NCBI GenBank assembly: GCA_000996695.1
Contig: LCAT01000022.1
Span: 1-16,816 of the forward strand
DNA length: 16,816 nucleotides
Reading direction: 5' to 3'
From: a candidate division TM6 bacterium GW2011_GWE2_41_16
Lineage (GTDB): Bacteria; Babelota; Babeliae; Babelales; Babelaceae
Shown here: piece after piece, positions 15,546-16,816 of the stretch
How the letters are laid out: each line of letters opens with the position of its first letter
Position numbering within the stretch: position 1 is the first letter of the stretch
Made by a program: the position numbers and the translations under genes
The notes under the pieces: model-generated
Seen by the model: only the letters and a program-made list of their open reading frames with translations
Databases searched by the model: none
What the model was told of the DNA's origin: nothing

Positions 15546-16069
15546 CCCCCAGCGCACCCAACGGCTATCGGTTGAACCGTAAGATACAACTCAATCTTGT
15601 CATCAGGAATATCTAAAAAACACCAGGCGCTGTCAACAGAGTTATACCGCTCACCCACACGCTCCCAGGATTGTTTGAGCTCGGAGTATTTTCTTTTTTC
15701 TACGCAAAAACCTGTGTGCACAAAAGAGCCCTCGCGCATGCTTTTTATTTTTTTAATCGCATCGGCATAATCATCAGGCTTGCCATGCACCTGTCCTTGC
15801 ATATCCTCAACCATTGAGTCAGCAGTCACAATATAAAGACCCTCACACTCATGCTCAGCAAGTGTTTCTACCTGTGGCATAATCACACAATCCATCTTGA
15901 TGTCCGCAATAAGCTTAACCAGGTCTTCTGGGTTATTGCTTGGCACGGTAACACTACGCTCATCACAGATTTGATCTAAAACTGCAACCTCAAAATATGC
16001 GTCCTGAAGCAATTTTAAACGGGACTTAGAACCAGACGCCAAAAAAATACGATGTTTATATACCGACAT
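15422..16069 (-). CDS. maf: Maf-like nucleoside triphosphate pyrophosphatase, paralog 2.
   Basis: 215 aa starting MSVYKHRIFLASGSKSRLKLLQDAYFEVAVLDQICDE. Conserved motifs are TADSMVEDMQGQVHGKP and GMAMEGPGGLFVREIRGAYSTLIGLPLHQLKDALDAVGFFD. By my alignment it is about 70% identical in protein sequence to paralog 1. Confidence 0.9.
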   Translation of the reverse strand: MSVYKHRIFLASGSKSRLKLLQDAYFEVAVLDQICDERSVTVPSNNPEDLVKLIADIKMDCVIMPQVETLAEHECEGLYIVTADSMVEDMQGQVHGKPDDYADAIKKIKSMREGSFVHTGFCVEKRKYSELKQSWERVGERYNSVDSAWCFLDIPDDKIELYLTVQPIAVGCAGGMAMEGPGGLFVREIRGAYSTLIGLPLHQLKDALDAVGFFD

Positions 16070-16120
16070 AGATCAACTCATGGTTTTAAATTTAAGCTAT
16101 ACAGACCCTTTTTTAGCAAC

Positions 16121-16149
16121 GAAAAAGGCGCACGTTTTTCACGCACGCC
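16121..16149 (-). terminator. Rho-independent terminator downstream of tRNA-Gln on the minus strand.
   Basis: The minus-strand RNA is GGCGUGCG-UGAAAAA-CGUGCGCC. It forms an 8-bp stem with two G-U wobble pairs, followed by UUUUUCGUU. It lies 16 nt past the tRNA 3' end and before the maf2 start. Confidence 0.55.
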
Positions 16150-16164
16150 TTTATAAATTTTCTT

Positions 16165-16239
16165 TGGCTGGGGCGGAAGGATTCGAACCTCCGAATGCCA
16201 GGACCAAAACCTGGTGCCTTACCGCTTGGCGACGCCCCA
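16165..16239 (-). tRNA. tRNA-Gln (anticodon UUG) with encoded CCA.
   Basis: The 75-nt minus-strand sequence is TGGGGCGTCGCCAAGCGGTAAGGCACCAGGTTTTGGTCCTGGCATTCGGAGGTTCGAATCCTTCCGCCCCAGCCA. It folds into a cloverleaf. The acceptor stem TGGGGCG/CGCCCCA has a U1-A72 pair typical of bacterial tRNA-Gln. The anticodon stem is CCAGG/CCTGG with the loop TTTTGGT (U33, anticodon UUG). The T-arm is GGAGG-TTCGAAT-CCTTC. It is very close to E. coli tRNA-Gln as I recall it. Confidence 0.9.
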
Positions 16240-16260
16240 AAAACCCCTAAAAACCAAAAC

Positions 16261-16551
16261 TTAATAGTCTTCGCCAACCGGTGTAAATCCACCCTCGGTG
16301 ATCACTTTGTTGTATTCCGCGATGATGCTCGACTCGATCATCTGACGCATTTCCGTGTTCAGTGGATGCACGATATCACGAAAGGTGCCATCTTTCTTTT
16401 TACGTGACGGCATCGAAACAAACAATCCCTTATGACCTTCGATGATTTTGAGGTCGCGAACAATAAAACTGTTCTCAAAAACGATCGTCGCATACGCCTT
16501 AAGGCGACCTGCTGAGGATACGGGGAAAATTTTAATCTCGGTGATGTTCAT
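16261..16551 (-). CDS. spoVG: SpoVG family protein (putative septation / nucleic-acid binding regulator).
   Basis: The ORF-track ORF extends to 16578 with a non-SD start. The ATG at 16551 gives MNITEIKIFPVSSAGRLKAYATIVFENSFIVRDLKIIEGHKGLFVSMPSRKKKDGTFRDIVHPLNTEMRQ. This is collinear with Bacillus SpoVG ([60 protein letters not shown]). A GGAAAG Shine-Dalgarno-like motif lies upstream. Confidence 0.9.
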   Translation of the reverse strand: MNITEIKIFPVSSAGRLKAYATIVFENSFIVRDLKIIEGHKGLFVSMPSRKKKDGTFRDIVHPLNTEMRQMIESSIIAEYNKVITEGGFTPVGEDY

Positions 16552-16737
16552 GGTGTAACGCTTTCCGTAGATGTACACACACTGTCCAAAAAAAACAACT
16601 GATTATTAAACTACGAATCCTACACGATGTTGTCAAGAAAAAATGAGTATTTTTTTTCTTTTTTTGTTTTTTATCCAAAGCAGTGCGTCGTTTTTTTATT
16701 ATAATTCAACGCGCGATATAACCCCATGCAATTTCTC

Positions 16738-16789
16738 CGCCGGTTAGTTTGTACAACTGTACATACGCCGGCGTGATTTTTTTTAATAA
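16738..16789 (+). terminator. Orphan plus-strand terminator-like hairpin (CCGCCGG...TGTAC-aact-GTACA...CCGGCGG?) followed by T8.
   Basis: The sequence is CCGCCGGttagttTGTACaactGTACAtaCGCCGGCG followed by tgaTTTTTTTT at 16776-16784. The outer stem is GC-rich (CGCCGG/CCGGCG) and the inner stem is built from two copies of the palindrome TGTACA. No plus-strand gene lies upstream. A TATAAT sits at 16700-16705. Confidence 0.4.
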
Positions 16790-16816
16790 GCATTGCAAAC
16801 AAAGGTGCTTATTTTA

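Noticed and set aside
16127-16149. An alternative reading of GGCGCACG...CACGCACGCC as a plus-strand hairpin.
   Set aside because: The arms are not complementary on the plus strand. The structure only works as the minus-strand RNA, with G-U wobbles, followed by a U-run, so it is called a minus-strand terminator.

Overview
The window reads as AT-rich bacterial chromosome, about 40% GC by eye, with the standard genetic code: TGA is used as a stop and TGG for Trp. Most genes are preceded by Shine-Dalgarno motifs (AAGGA/GGAGG).

Gene content on the minus strand at the left end:
- The N-terminal 809 codons (window positions 1-2428) of a very large secreted fibre-like protein. Its ORF runs off the window start, which is presumably why it is absent from the ORF track.
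- A decayed ABC-2 permease fragment.
- A YfiH/PgeF (DUF152) gene overlapping by 8 bp with the first of two tandem signal-peptide, Cys-containing hypothetical genes of about 200 aa.

Plus-strand block:
- A GNAT acetyltransferase immediately followed by acetyl-CoA synthetase.
- A QmcA-like SPFH/band-7 protein.
- A small secreted protein with internal repeats.

Centre and right:
- Two tandem 586-aa ABC exporter half-transporters (minus strand).
- A divergent HspR-like MerR regulator and a co-transcribed 148-aa hypothetical.
- A small SD-driven membrane-protein ORF overlapping, convergently, the 3' end of the first of two tandemly duplicated Maf (nucleoside triphosphate pyrophosphatase) genes.
- A tRNA-Gln(UUG), a terminator and spoVG.

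Non-coding observations:
- A GC-rich, highly structured ~130-bp intergenic repeat present twice in direct orientation, flanking the GNAT-acs-SPFH block.
- The Maf tandem duplication, which shows a steep identity gradient with a near-identical 3' end, and whose first copy carries a signal-peptide-like N-terminal extension.
- An orphan plus-strand terminator-like hairpin with a T8 tract upstream of spoVG.

No CRISPR array, transposase or rRNA was seen. Everything is inferred from reading the sequence and from recalled family motifs. No database searches were run.
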